Below are positions 14,537 through 24,197 of a DNA stretch of 30,322 bases, one piece after another. A program made the position numbers and the translations under genes. This stretch comes from a virus. Its lineage: Duplodnaviria > Caudoviricetes. Positions within the stretch are counted from its first letter, which is position 1. Each line of letters opens with the position of its first letter. The stretch spans positions 1 to 30,322 of IMG/VR virus record IMGVR_UViG_3300033153_003224. One strand, 5' to 3'. Under the pieces are notes generated by a model. The model searched no databases. It was not told the origin of the DNA and worked only from the letters and a program-made list of their open reading frames with translations.

Positions 14537-15019
14537 TCAGAGGGTGCCCTCGCCAATCGCGAAAGCTGCGTCGCCGCCCATAGCGATAATAATTTCCAAA
14601 AATTTAAGCTGCGCGTTTTCGTGATCGGTATCGGAAAAATTCCAGTAACCTGGTTTAGTCTCTCGCGCCACGAACTGACCAATAACATGCCCGACGTGGT
14701 GCGCTTCGATACGAACCGGGCGTATACCAATCAAATCGGATGATTTAACCTTACTGTTCATTTGTGTGGAATCATTCGCGAGACCCCATCGAATAAAACT
14801 GCCATCTTGCATATAACCGGCACCGGTATTATTACGCCACAACCTGAGACCCAACCGGCTCGCCTCAAGTCGTATATTATTCTGTACGGCTGCCTCGCTA
14901 TCTCCCGATTTTGGTGTTAGCGGTGTCGTTCGTATGTTTAGAGTACCGAACTCGCGCCGTAAATCTTCAACCGCTTCGAACGGTACACCCCATTTAATCG
15001 CCCATTGATTAAGATTCAT
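14537..15019 (-). CDS. VRR-NUC domain nuclease
   Basis: 'SEAAVQ', 'LWRNNTG', 'SSDLIG', 'FVARETK', 'QLKFL...GG'. Confidence 0.88.
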   Translation of the reverse strand: MNLNQWAIKWGVPFEAVEDLRREFGTLNIRTTPLTPKSGDSEAAVQNNIRLEASRLGLRLWRNNTGAGYMQDGSFIRWGLANDSTQMNSKVKSSDLIGIRPVRIEAHHVGHVIGQFVARETKPGYWNFSDTDHENAQLKFLEIIIAMGGDAAFAIGEGTL

Positions 15020-15135
15020 ATTCGATACCTATGTGCACACAAAGCCACCATTATTTCAGCAGCGATATCATTCGGGGGAATTGGTACGCCCATTAAAAAA
15101 GCATAGACCATCGCTCGTGCTCGTAAATGTTTCAT
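15016..15135 (-). CDS. Hypothetical protein, 39 aa (MKHLRARAMVYAFLMG...)
   Basis: ATGA overlaps at both ends. Confidence 0.55.
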   Translation of the reverse strand: MKHLRARAMVYAFLMGVPIPPNDIAAEIMVALCAHRYRI

Positions 15136-15485
15136 GCGAATAACTCCAAAATTTCAAATGGATGATCAGGCCACCATAAGTTTGATTTGCGTAAATTTTC
15201 CAGCTCTCCAATAATTTCTAAATTCCATGGCACATGCAACCCACAAACGATATCAGAACAAATCGGGATAATATGATCGACGTGGACATCTTCGCCAGCC
15301 TCCCGCCGTCGTTTCGATTCTGTATATATCTCTTTGAATCGTGGATCATTAGCGCACCAGTCCGGCCACGCTTGATACAATTTTTTATAATACCGAATCG
15401 ATCGCCGATAATGTGGATTCAGGTTCGGGTCGTTTTCATCCTGTAGCGCCAACCATATCGGCGATTGTTTGGTATAGGGTGTCAT
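15132..15485 (-). CDS. HNH endonuclease
   Basis: 'HVDHIIPI...VCGLHVPWNL...ENLRKSN'. Confidence 0.88.
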   Translation of the reverse strand: MTPYTKQSPIWLALQDENDPNLNPHYRRSIRYYKKLYQAWPDWCANDPRFKEIYTESKRRREAGEDVHVDHIIPICSDIVCGLHVPWNLEIIGELENLRKSNLWWPDHPFEILELFA

Positions 15486-17125
15486 ACCCCCAACCCTCCT
15501 AAATGATGGTTCACTTTATCAGCCAATATTAATGCGTCTTTCGTGTTCAATGCCTGGGCGCTCATTACATCAATACCGAATGCGAAATAAAATCGTCGAT
15601 AGCTCTCAGTATCGGGGTACCCCTGCGCTCGCTGATAGCCTGCCCACCATGCGATTGATGCTCGTAACGCCTCCTGCGCCTGTTGCTGCTTAACGTGCCA
15701 TTTAACATGCGCAAGCTGTCCGATTTTCGGCACATGATTTTTTATTAATTGCTCGCGGTACGCTTCCGGGTGCATATCGACGCGCGCTATCTCGCCCCGC
15801 ATCGCTGCTAATGTATCTGCATCTAGTTCGGTTAAATCTCCATCAACAAACTCTGGCCCGGATCTGGCCGCCGGTACCGGTTTATGACCACAGTAAGGGC
15901 AAACGTTGTATATCCGTTCGAACACCGCCGTACATTCCGGGCACGCCCTGACTGGTATTACATCGTCGGGCTTCGATTTAGTGCGTCTCTCGCGGCGATC
16001 GAGCGACCATACTCGTGGTGCATCGGGCAGCCCGTGACGTTCAACGTTCCCAACATGATCGATAATTATTGCTCCCAGTTTTCCATCGAGCAAACGAAGG
16101 GCACGACCGAATTGCTGCGCATATAATGCAAATGATTGGGTCGGCCTGGCCATGCTTACAACTTCGATAGCGGGTAGGTCGAATCCCTCCCCGAATAAAT
16201 CAACGTTAACGAGCTGTAATAATTCGCGTCGTTTGAATTTACGAAGTATAGCGACTCGATCCGCGTCGGATGTTTTCGCGCTGACGACTGCAGCCGGCAC
16301 GCCCGCGGCATTAAACTGCGCTGCTGTTTCGACAGCGATATCGACACCAGGTACGAAAGTAATTCCTAATTTACCCGATGCGATCCGTTTGTAATGCGAC
16401 ACGACATCGCCGATAACATGCGATTTGCCGACAGCGATTTTTAACCCATGCTTATTATAATCGCCAGTTGTCTTACTGATATTTACATTAGTGAGATCGA
16501 TATCGGAGGGCGGCGCGAATACTCGATAATCGGTTAGATACCCCATGTTAATTAGTTCGCGCATCGATGGCCCTGTAACCATCGTGTCGAATAATCCATC
16601 GCTATGCCGACCCAGCCCTTTACCGTCAGCGCGTCCGGCTGTTGCTGTTACCCCGAGCCCCTTGGCGTTGGGGAACATTGCTGCCGCTTTACCCCATTTA
16701 TTATCTTTTAATACGTGGTGGCCTTCGTCTTGCATCCAAAACGTTACGGAATTCAACCAGTTATGCAATTCATTGTAGCGACGCACAAGCGTATCGACAC
16801 CCGCCACCGCGCAAGGTGCTGTCGGGTCATAATATGACGTGCCGACCTCTTCCATGTGGATATTAACGGCGAGGCGAACAACTGATTTCGGGCCAATGAT
16901 CCGGTGCCGAACTTCATCGCGTGCTAGAGCTAGTGATATTTGAGTTACTAATTCTTGCCGGTGTGCGATTGCGCAACTTGCGCCGACGTGTTCGCGAAAA
17001 ATATCCGAAACAATTACAGTTTTACCGCCGCCAGTAGGTAATACGGATAGGACGTTACGTGCTCCGTTACCCCATGCGTCGTAAATGTTTTGTTTATTTT
17101 CCGCCTGGTACGGTCGAAGCTGCAT
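15482..17125 (-). CDS. Superfamily 2 DNA helicase (RadD/YejH-like) with C-terminal zinc finger
   Basis: 'LRPYQ', 'PTGGGKT', 'DEGHH', 'TATA', 'QQFGRALR', CPEC...CPYC. Confidence 0.93.
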   Translation of the reverse strand: MQLRPYQAENKQNIYDAWGNGARNVLSVLPTGGGKTVIVSDIFREHVGASCAIAHRQELVTQISLALARDEVRHRIIGPKSVVRLAVNIHMEEVGTSYYDPTAPCAVAGVDTLVRRYNELHNWLNSVTFWMQDEGHHVLKDNKWGKAAAMFPNAKGLGVTATAGRADGKGLGRHSDGLFDTMVTGPSMRELINMGYLTDYRVFAPPSDIDLTNVNISKTTGDYNKHGLKIAVGKSHVIGDVVSHYKRIASGKLGITFVPGVDIAVETAAQFNAAGVPAAVVSAKTSDADRVAILRKFKRRELLQLVNVDLFGEGFDLPAIEVVSMARPTQSFALYAQQFGRALRLLDGKLGAIIIDHVGNVERHGLPDAPRVWSLDRRERRTKSKPDDVIPVRACPECTAVFERIYNVCPYCGHKPVPAARSGPEFVDGDLTELDADTLAAMRGEIARVDMHPEAYREQLIKNHVPKIGQLAHVKWHVKQQQAQEALRASIAWWAGYQRAQGYPDTESYRRFYFAFGIDVMSAQALNTKDALILADKVNHHLGGLGV

Positions 17126-17300
17126 TTTTATTATAATCGTCCCATTGTTTCCTGGTGAATCGTGCTTGAATCCCGCAATCGTTACAACATACGTGCATTA
17201 ACGGCACGTCAGCTATTCGCTTATCCATCGAAAAACGAGGTTCACCACCACGACCACCGTTTGCGATCCAGTTATGAGGGCTTTTATTATCCATTACCAA
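17094..17300 (-). CDS. Hypothetical protein, 68 aa
   Basis: GGAG RBS; in operon. Confidence 0.6.
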   Translation of the reverse strand: MVMDNKSPHNWIANGGRGGEPRFSMDKRIADVPLMHVCCNDCGIQARFTRKQWDDYNKNAASTVPGGK

Positions 17301-17500
17301 TTACTCCAAGCTAACGACCATGTGAGTGTACACGCAGTTAAAAGGCATATATAAGCAATTAATCGAAGTAGAAATAACATCCATTTTGTTATTACCCAAT
17401 TTCTACAACGATTACAACTTTCAATTGACAATATAATCGTTACAGATATGGCAAAAGCCATTATAAAAATTCCAAGCAACAACCACAGGTTAGTATTCAT
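17294..17500 (-). CDS. Small membrane protein (2 TM)
   Basis: Two hydrophobic helices; first gene after the leftward promoter. Confidence 0.55.
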   Translation of the reverse strand: MNTNLWLLLGIFIMAFAISVTIILSIESCNRCRNWVITKWMLFLLRLIAYICLLTACTLTWSLAWSNW

Positions 17501-17522
17501 GGTGAATTATAGATTTATGTTG

Positions 17523-17567
17523 TATTGACGAGTCGGACAATATAGCATAGAGTCGGCATCGTCAATA
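17523..17567. promoter_or_regulatory. Overlapping divergent promoters
   Basis: Plus: TTGACG (17525)-17-TAGAGT (17548); minus: TTGACG (17565)-17-TATTGT (17542). Confidence 0.75.
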
Positions 17568-17584
17568 ACCAAAAGGGTACAACA

Positions 17585-18205
17585 ATGGAAACCTCTATTA
17601 CAATTACCGTCCCACTCGAACAGGACGCACTTAACGAAGCGGCCGCAAAACTTACTGACATGGCGTCGAGTATGGGCAAGGATCAAGATGCGACACCACC
17701 AGCCGCTACCGTTGCGACACCACCAGCCGCTACCGTTGCGACACCACCAGCCGCTACGCCTCCGGTCGCTCCTGTAGGCGTCGAACTTGATACAGATGGT
17801 ATTCCTTGGGATTCGCGAATCCACTCGGGCAAGAAAACGAAGCTCGCTAAATCGCAACAATGGAAAAAGAAACGCGGCGTTGATACAGATTATGTCGCTC
17901 AAGTCGAAGCAGAACTTAAAGCAGCCATGGCCGCAAGCCCGGCCGCACCTGTTACCGCTACACCCGCTGTTACACCTCCGCCCCCGGCCGCTGTTGTTAC
18001 ACCTCCGCCCCCGGCAGCTGTTGTTGTCGGTGTTACTTTCCCCGAATTGATGTCGAAAATTACCAGCGCCCAGCTTACTAACGAAGTTGTGCTGGCTGCC
18101 GTTAATCGACAGGGTTTGCAGTCTTTGGCATTACTCGCAGCTCGCCCGGATCTGATCCCAGCGGTTGACGCCGAACTCTTCCCGGTCGTTGGTGTTCCGG
18201 CTTAA
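17585..18205 (+). CDS. Pro/Ala-rich replication-region protein with a 'D.DG.PWD.RIH' domain
   Basis: 206 aa; compact core flanked by low-complexity linkers; first gene of the rightward arm. Confidence 0.85.
   Translation: METSITITVPLEQDALNEAAAKLTDMASSMGKDQDATPPAATVATPPAATVATPPAATPPVAPVGVELDTDGIPWDSRIHSGKKTKLAKSQQWKKKRGVDTDYVAQVEAELKAAMAASPAAPVTATPAVTPPPPAAVVTPPPPAAVVVGVTFPELMSKITSAQLTNEVVLAAVNRQGLQSLALLAARPDLIPAVDAELFPVVGVPA
17690..17757 (+). repeat. In-frame 24-bp tandem repeat, about 2.8 copies (ATPPAATV)
   Basis: GCGACACCACCAGCCGCTACCGTT at 17690, 17714 and partial at 17738. Confidence 0.9.
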
Positions 18206-19369
18206 ATGAGTCATTCCATAATAGCCCCATCGTCTGCGCACCGTTGGGGTGCGCCAGACGGTTGCACGGGCTGGCCACTCATGGCCCAACAATTCCCAGA
18301 CACGGAAGAATCAGAAGATGCCAAAAACGGTACTGCTTCGCATGAAATAGGCGCTTTAATGATTTATCGTGCAGCTCAAGCGCTGCCGGTATTATTAAAC
18401 GATGTGATAGGGCGACCCGCATCGAACGGCGTTATTTTCACGGATGAAATGTTCGAGGCGGCAGAAGTTTTTGCAAATGATGTCGGCGAAGTCATGCGCG
18501 AAACCCGTGTTTTCGGTAGTGAATATTTCGCAATTGAAAAACTCGTAATGGCTCCACGTATACACGAGCTGTCATATGGCACACCTGATATGGTCATTTT
18601 CGACCAACACGGTCTTAATCTCTATATATGGGATTACAAATTTGGATACGGCATCGTTGAAGTATTTGAAAACTGGCAGTTAATTAATTATGCAGCTGGT
18701 GTACTTGAAAAATTAGACACCAATGGGCTCGACGATCAAGCAATAACCGTACACCTTAGAATCGTACAACCTCGCGCATTTCATCGCGACGGATCGATTC
18801 GCGAATGGGTTGTTAAGGCTTCCGAACTCCGTCCGTATATTAATATTTTACACACCAATGCGCACGAAGCGCTTGGGCCTAATGCGATTTGTCGTTCTGG
18901 CCCGCATTGTAAAGACTGCAGCGCACGCGCGAATTGCGATACTGCTTTAATAGCCGGCATCAAACTTTACGAGGCCGCATCACAACCCACACCGATAGAA
19001 TTGTCGCTCCATGCGCTCGGTGTACAGTATGCGATAATTGAACGCGCAGCCAAACAACTGGACTATTTAAAATCAGGTTTCGAAGAGCAGGTTAAGAGCA
19101 AAATTCGATCTGGCGCAAATATTCCTGGCTGGATGCTCGAACAAGGTATCGGTCGTGAACGATGGGCCAAACCAATACCAGAAGTTATCGCCCTCGGTGA
19201 TATGATAGGTAATGATTTGCGTAAACCCGATCAAGTAATAACTCCCAATCAAGCACGCACCAAGGGTGTCGATGATGCTCTTGTCGCTGCCTACAGTGAA
19301 AAACCCCGTACCGGGCTAAAATTAGTGCCGGATAACGAAAACAAAGCCAAACAGGTGTTTAACTCATGA
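18206..19369 (+). CDS. DUF2800 / Cas4-like PD-(D/E)xK exonuclease
   Basis: 'HSIIAPSSAHRW..C', 'GTASHE', 'GTPD', 'DYKFG', 'NWQLINYA', C-terminal 'HCKDC..R..C'. Confidence 0.88.
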   Translation: MSHSIIAPSSAHRWGAPDGCTGWPLMAQQFPDTEESEDAKNGTASHEIGALMIYRAAQALPVLLNDVIGRPASNGVIFTDEMFEAAEVFANDVGEVMRETRVFGSEYFAIEKLVMAPRIHELSYGTPDMVIFDQHGLNLYIWDYKFGYGIVEVFENWQLINYAAGVLEKLDTNGLDDQAITVHLRIVQPRAFHRDGSIREWVVKASELRPYINILHTNAHEALGPNAICRSGPHCKDCSARANCDTALIAGIKLYEAASQPTPIELSLHALGVQYAIIERAAKQLDYLKSGFEEQVKSKIRSGANIPGWMLEQGIGRERWAKPIPEVIALGDMIGNDLRKPDQVITPNQARTKGVDDALVAAYSEKPRTGLKLVPDNENKAKQVFNS

Positions 19370-20283
19370 CTACACAAGTAACAGAAATATTAACCCCGGC
19401 CGCTCGTCTCGTAATGGGCGACTGTTTCGAACCGCAAACAAAAGATGCAGAGGGCAACCCGTTAGTTATCAAAAATGGGCCTAATATTGGCAAGCCTCGT
19501 GTCGATTATTATCTGGGTGTCGCCATACCTAAAACGGACCCCGGCTATAATGACATATGGGCTAAAATCCACGGTAAGGCACGAGAGAGTTTCCCGAGCC
19601 TTTTCGATGCTTCCGGCAATTGTCTTAACCCAGCATTCGCGTTCAAGGTTATCGACGGAGATAGCCAGCAACCGAATTCGAAAGGCAAGAAACCGTGCGA
19701 TCGTGAAGGCTTCCCAGGTCATTGGATTCTGAATTTTTCAGGCGGTTTTGCACCTAAATGCTACAATCGCGATGGTACTGGTAATCTCGTACAAGTGGTT
19801 GACCCCAACATGATCAAACGCGGGTATTACGTCCGGGTGTACGGTAGTGTTAAGGGTAATGGGTCAGCGCAACAACCAGGCGTATTCCTGAATCATTCCA
19901 TGGTCGAACTGGTGGGTTATGGCGAAGAGATATTTACAGGACCAAGCGGCGATCAAGTATTTGGCGGAACACCCGTGGCATTACCTGTCGGAGCCAGTGC
20001 CACGCCCTTGGCTTCCGCAACTCCTGCACCTGTTGGCATGGCGCCTGCTCCTGTTGTCGCTCCTGCTCCTGTGGCTGTCGCTCCTGCTCCTGTGGCTCCT
20101 GCGGTCCCTACTCCTGCGGCTGTCGCGCCTGCACCAGCTGTACCGGGAGCAATAGCACCCGCCCCGGAGTTTCTGGACCCCGGCGAGCAAAAAGTCAACG
20201 CCAATGGCACGGTGTATACCATCAACCAACTCAAAACTGCCGGTTGGTCTGACGAACAAATCGCACCCCTTCCACGCGTTTAA
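19366..20283 (+). CDS. Phage single-stranded DNA-binding protein (DUF2815-like) with Pro/Ala tail
   Basis: 'FKVIDGDS', 'GYYVRV', 'PGVFLN'; position after the DUF2800 gene. Confidence 0.75.
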   Translation: MTTQVTEILTPAARLVMGDCFEPQTKDAEGNPLVIKNGPNIGKPRVDYYLGVAIPKTDPGYNDIWAKIHGKARESFPSLFDASGNCLNPAFAFKVIDGDSQQPNSKGKKPCDREGFPGHWILNFSGGFAPKCYNRDGTGNLVQVVDPNMIKRGYYVRVYGSVKGNGSAQQPGVFLNHSMVELVGYGEEIFTGPSGDQVFGGTPVALPVGASATPLASATPAPVGMAPAPVVAPAPVAVAPAPVAPAVPTPAAVAPAPAVPGAIAPAPEFLDPGEQKVNANGTVYTINQLKTAGWSDEQIAPLPRV

Positions 20284-20288
20284 TCATC

Positions 20289-20315
20289 AACGGCCGCCCC
20301 CGGAGGGCGGCCGTT
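20289..20315 (+). terminator. Strong hairpin after ssb (terminator or processing site)
   Basis: AACGGCCGCCC-ccgga-GGGCGGCCGTT; weak U-tract. Confidence 0.6.
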
Positions 20316-20331
20316 AACCCTCGGTATCGAT

Positions 20332-20493
20332 ATGGCATACAGCAGACAGGAATTGCGGACAATGGCTCGTCGTGTGTTAGACGCTAAAAGAGTCGACGAC
20401 GTGCGATACATGGTGCTCGTAATTTCAGTTGGTATGAAAGCTCAATTATCAGCCACCGACGTAGAACGTAAAATCGAAGAGTTAGCGAGGTAG
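20332..20493 (+). CDS. Hypothetical protein, 53 aa (MAYSRQELRTMARRVL...), not in ORF track
   Basis: Fills the gap; stop 1 nt before the next ATG. Confidence 0.6.
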   Translation: MAYSRQELRTMARRVLDAKRVDDVRYMVLVISVGMKAQLSATDVERKIEELAR

Positions 20494-20494
20494 C

Positions 20495-20755
20495 ATGTAT
20501 TACTATTTATTCAGGGGAAAACAACGCCTCGATCTAACTGGCGATTTCATTCTCTCCCATAATACCGACCTTATTAAAGCCCGTGCGAAGAGTGCCGCGC
20601 CAAGGGCAATTAAACGGGGTCGTTACGTGGTCAATATTCCCCGTTTAGGTACCATTGCGAAATTAAAGGTACTTTGGGCTGTAATAGGCTTTATCTGGGG
20701 GCCATCCAAAGAATTGACTGCCGAATCGATAGGTATTGCCGAGGCTGGTAAGTGA
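20495..20755 (+). CDS. Hypothetical protein, 86 aa
   Basis: GAGG RBS; GTGA coupling downstream. Confidence 0.65.
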   Translation: MYYYLFRGKQRLDLTGDFILSHNTDLIKARAKSAAPRAIKRGRYVVNIPRLGTIAKLKVLWAVIGFIWGPSKELTAESIGIAEAGK

Positions 20756-21153
20756 TCCCAGTAGATCAATCGATTTTGCACGATCCTGATAATGGTCATT
20801 ATGGTGATTGTCAACGTGCTTGCATCGCTTCGTTATTGGAAGTGTCCATTAAAGAAATTCCGCATTTTTTTGAGTCTGGTGACGATGAACAGTTCGAAAA
20901 ATCATTTAACGATTTTTTAGCAGCGATAGATTTGTTTCATTTAGAAATAACACCGTGGGAAAAATTCCCCATATCTACATCGGTATACCACATGATATAT
21001 GGTAAATCTGAGCGTGGCACACAACATGCGGTTATAGGTCTCAATGGTAAAGTAGTACATGACCCAAGCCCATTTAAAACTGGATTACTCGAAAGCGATC
21101 GAGAAAATTGGACCTACGCATTTTTAATACCTACTTATGAGTGGTCGAAGTGA
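20752..21153 (+). CDS. Conserved phage protein, possible papain/C39-like fold
   Basis: 'GDCQRACIASLL...HAVI...VHDPSP' gives a Cys-His-Asp order. Confidence 0.65.
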   Translation: MIPVDQSILHDPDNGHYGDCQRACIASLLEVSIKEIPHFFESGDDEQFEKSFNDFLAAIDLFHLEITPWEKFPISTSVYHMIYGKSERGTQHAVIGLNGKVVHDPSPFKTGLLESDRENWTYAFLIPTYEWSK

Positions 21154-23345
21154 GAGGGCGCCGGCAGTGCGATTCGATTAATGGGTGCGGTAAATTCTAT
21201 CAACAACACCTGGCGAATTGTCCATATTGCAATACCCCCGAGGCATTCAGCGATTTCGTACCATTCGACCCCCGCGACTGGATCTACGATATAGAGACCT
21301 ACCCGAATATATTTACCGCGTCGTTTAAGCACGTAAACACCGGCACACGGCTAATATTTGAGGTTAGCGACCGTAAAAATCAGTTAGGGGAATTAACCGA
21401 ATTCTTATTCTCATTAAAGTACAGTAATTGTCGGTTAGTGGGATTTAATAATATTGGCTTCGATTACCCTGTAATTCACCTTATTATTGACTACGCCCAT
21501 TTATCGCTCACCGTCGAAGATATCTACAAAAAAGCCGCCAGCATCATCGCGACACCATGGCACCGCCGGTTTGACAATGTGATCTGGGATAGCGATACAC
21601 ACATTCGACAGATCGATTTATATAAGGTGCACCATTTCGACAACGAGGCTCGGTCTACATCTCTTAAGATGCTCGAATTTAACATGCGTTCGGAGACCGT
21701 CGAGGATCTACCATTCCCGCCAGGCCACCCCCTGACTATCGACCAGATACAAACATTGATCGAATATAATGACCACGATGTCGATGAAACTGAGAAATTT
21801 TATATTGAATCGATCCCGTTGATTGATTTTCGCGACGAATTGAGCGCGAAGTATTCGCGAAATTTCCTCAATCACAACGATACGAAGATCGGTAAAGACT
21901 ATTTTATCATGCGGCTAGAGGAACAACTCCCCGGTTCGTGTTACATGCGCGTAGACGGGAAGCGACATCCCAGACAAACGATTCGTAATTCGATCAACAT
22001 TCGCGAGGTTATATTCCCGTATATAAATTTCAAAACGCCTGAATTCGAACGCGTAAAACAATGGCTCGCCTCGCAGATCATCACCGAGACCAAGGGTGTA
22101 TTTAAAGGTCTGAGCGCGGAAGTCCGGGGCTTTAAATACGATTTCGGTGTCGGCGGTATCCATGGGTCAATCGATTCCGCGATCGTGTCGTCTGACGACG
22201 AATATGTAATCTACGATTGGGACGTCGCCAGTTATTACCCTAATCTGGCCATTGTAAATAGATTGTTCCCCCGCCACCTTAGCGACGAATTCTGTGGTAT
22301 CTATCAGGACGTGTTCGAACAGCGTCGCCAATACAAGAAAGGGACTCCCGAAAATGCCATGTTGAAACTCGCGCTTAATGGTGTGTACGGTGATAGCAAC
22401 AATAAATACAGCCCATTCTATGATTCACAATATATGATGTCGATTACGATCAATGGTCAATTATTGCTTTGTCTGCTTGCTGAATTTTTAATTGATATTC
22501 CAGATTTGCAAATGATCCAGATCAATACGGACGGCTTGACGATTCGATTACCGCGCCGGCACATCGACCAAATGAATCACATTTGCGAATGGTGGCAAAA
22601 ATTTACGTGCTTAGAATTAGAGAGCGCTATCTATTCGCGTATGTTCATTCGTGACGTTAATAATTACATCGCGGAATACGAAGGCGGGAAACTGAAAAAT
22701 AAAGGTGCCTACGCACATTTAACCAGGCTATCCGAAGGCTCCGACTGGCACCCCGATCGCTGCATAGATTGGCACCAGAACCATTCGGCACTCGTGATAC
22801 CAAAGGCGGCCGAGGCCGCCCTCGTTCACGGTCAGGATATTACTGATTTCATAACGAACCACCCGGATATAATGGATTTCATGTTACGTACCAAGGTCGG
22901 ACGTGCCGATCAGCTGATAATAAACGAGGCAGGCAACGAGAGAGCCCTACAGCGCATCACACGGTATTACATCAGCCATGGTGGCGGAACGTTAACGAAG
23001 GTTAGCGCGCCCGCGAACGGCCATGCTGTCGGCACTTGGAAGCGCGCTAACGGGCTTACGGATTCATTCTACCGCGGCGTTATTGCTGAATTGAAAGTAT
23101 TATCTGATCCCCCGTCGTTTGTACCACCGCCTGCGCACGAACTAGATACCACAGGGCTGCCATGGGACGAGCGGATCAATACGAAAAACAAATCGAAATA
23201 CGAGATCCGACGCACCGGTCTAAATGTTGGCTGGTTGGCCACGCCCTGCAATGATATGGTCGATGCGCAACGGGTGAATATCAATTACGATTACTACATC
23301 GCGGAAGCGGAAAAACTCGTTAATCCGCTCTGGGGAATCAAATAA
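21141..23345 (+). CDS. Family B DNA polymerase with 3'-5' exonuclease
   Basis: Exo motifs 'DIETY', 'FNNIGFDY', 'YNDHD'; polymerase motifs 'DVASYYPN', 'KLALNGVYG', 'NTDG'; start may be the GTG at 21150. Confidence 0.95.
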   Translation: MVEVRGRRQCDSINGCGKFYQQHLANCPYCNTPEAFSDFVPFDPRDWIYDIETYPNIFTASFKHVNTGTRLIFEVSDRKNQLGELTEFLFSLKYSNCRLVGFNNIGFDYPVIHLIIDYAHLSLTVEDIYKKAASIIATPWHRRFDNVIWDSDTHIRQIDLYKVHHFDNEARSTSLKMLEFNMRSETVEDLPFPPGHPLTIDQIQTLIEYNDHDVDETEKFYIESIPLIDFRDELSAKYSRNFLNHNDTKIGKDYFIMRLEEQLPGSCYMRVDGKRHPRQTIRNSINIREVIFPYINFKTPEFERVKQWLASQIITETKGVFKGLSAEVRGFKYDFGVGGIHGSIDSAIVSSDDEYVIYDWDVASYYPNLAIVNRLFPRHLSDEFCGIYQDVFEQRRQYKKGTPENAMLKLALNGVYGDSNNKYSPFYDSQYMMSITINGQLLLCLLAEFLIDIPDLQMIQINTDGLTIRLPRRHIDQMNHICEWWQKFTCLELESAIYSRMFIRDVNNYIAEYEGGKLKNKGAYAHLTRLSEGSDWHPDRCIDWHQNHSALVIPKAAEAALVHGQDITDFITNHPDIMDFMLRTKVGRADQLIINEAGNERALQRITRYYISHGGGTLTKVSAPANGHAVGTWKRANGLTDSFYRGVIAELKVLSDPPSFVPPPAHELDTTGLPWDERINTKNKSKYEIRRTGLNVGWLATPCNDMVDAQRVNINYDYYIAEAEKLVNPLWGIK

Positions 23346-23545
23346 TGAAAGCGGCTATTGTAGTGGATAATTGGAAACTCTCAATATTTCGGGAAACGTT
23401 AGACGCTAACGACTACGAATACGAAGAGCTTAAAGGACCGTTCCCTGAATGCACTACTTTAATGGTTCATACCGACGATATAGTTAAATTAGCGCCGATC
23501 GTTGCGAAAATGAATGAAGATGCAGCAAAATCAAAGATGCATTGA
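23345..23545 (+). CDS. Hypothetical protein, 66 aa
   Basis: TAATG coupling to the polymerase gene. Confidence 0.7.
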   Translation: MKAAIVVDNWKLSIFRETLDANDYEYEELKGPFPECTTLMVHTDDIVKLAPIVAKMNEDAAKSKMH

Positions 23546-23552
23546 GTAAGCA

Positions 23553-23897
23553 ATGGATATTGAAGGTACACCAAGCCATACGTATAAATTCAGGGCGCCC
23601 CCGTTAAGTAATAACGCTTTTTACTTTACTATTGTCGGCCACTCCGAACCGGAAGCATTTTTCGTTAATAGTAAGGATATGAAGTCATTTCAATGGATGA
23701 TCGCATTAATGACTTCATATTCGCGGCAAGTAAAAGCTGGGATTACTGTTAGAGAGATTATCGAAGATATGAAAGAAACTTTCGACCCGAATGGAATTTA
23801 TATTATCCCGAACGGGTCAGGCCAGGAAGTGCATGGCGTAATTCATCACATGGGGCTGATACTCGAAAATCATTTAACGATCGCTATCTCTTCGTAA
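23553..23897 (+). CDS. Stand-alone NrdJb/TSCPD-like domain protein
   Basis: 'TYKFRAPP...AFYFTI...FVNSKDMKSFQWMIAL...TFDPNG' resembles the recalled NrdJb core. Confidence 0.7.
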   Translation: MDIEGTPSHTYKFRAPPLSNNAFYFTIVGHSEPEAFFVNSKDMKSFQWMIALMTSYSRQVKAGITVREIIEDMKETFDPNGIYIIPNGSGQEVHGVIHHMGLILENHLTIAISS

Positions 23898-24197
23898 TGT
23901 CTTGCCGTGGTCGTCACGATCCTGTATTTCCTTTGTGCGCCTGGCTTCGCGTCGTTTAATTCCGTCAATCTCTAATTGTATTTTTTTATGCTCAAGTATC
24001 GATTTACGAATCACTACGATAGCTAAAACCAATCCGGCGGCCGAGGCTGTGATACCAATGCCCTGGGAAACCCAATTAAACAATGTACTAATGCCGGCGC
24101 CGCCAGCCAAAACAGATACTACCGCGGAGGCTTTTGGATTGTGCGTTAGCTCCGCGGCGTAGGGTAAAAAACCGTGTTCCATCTTTTTAGTTGTCAT
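23874..24197 (-). CDS. Putative holin
   Basis: Two TM segments and a highly charged C-terminus; in the lysis cassette. Confidence 0.6.
   Translation of the reverse strand: MTTKKMEHGFLPYAAELTHNPKASAVVSVLAGGAGISTLFNWVSQGIGITASAAGLVLAIVVIRKSILEHKKIQLEIDGIKRREARRTKEIQDRDDHGKTLRRDSDR

Noticed and set aside
15132-15485. HNH gene as part of an intron
   Set aside because: Coupled by ATGA overlaps on both sides, and the flanking genes appear uninterrupted
17690-17757. 24-bp tandem repeat as a phase-variation switch
   Set aside because: In frame, encodes a Pro/Ala linker and cannot shift the frame
18206-19369. Cas4 as part of a CRISPR-Cas system
   Set aside because: No other cas genes or array; the nuclease-SSB-polymerase context is a standard phage replication module
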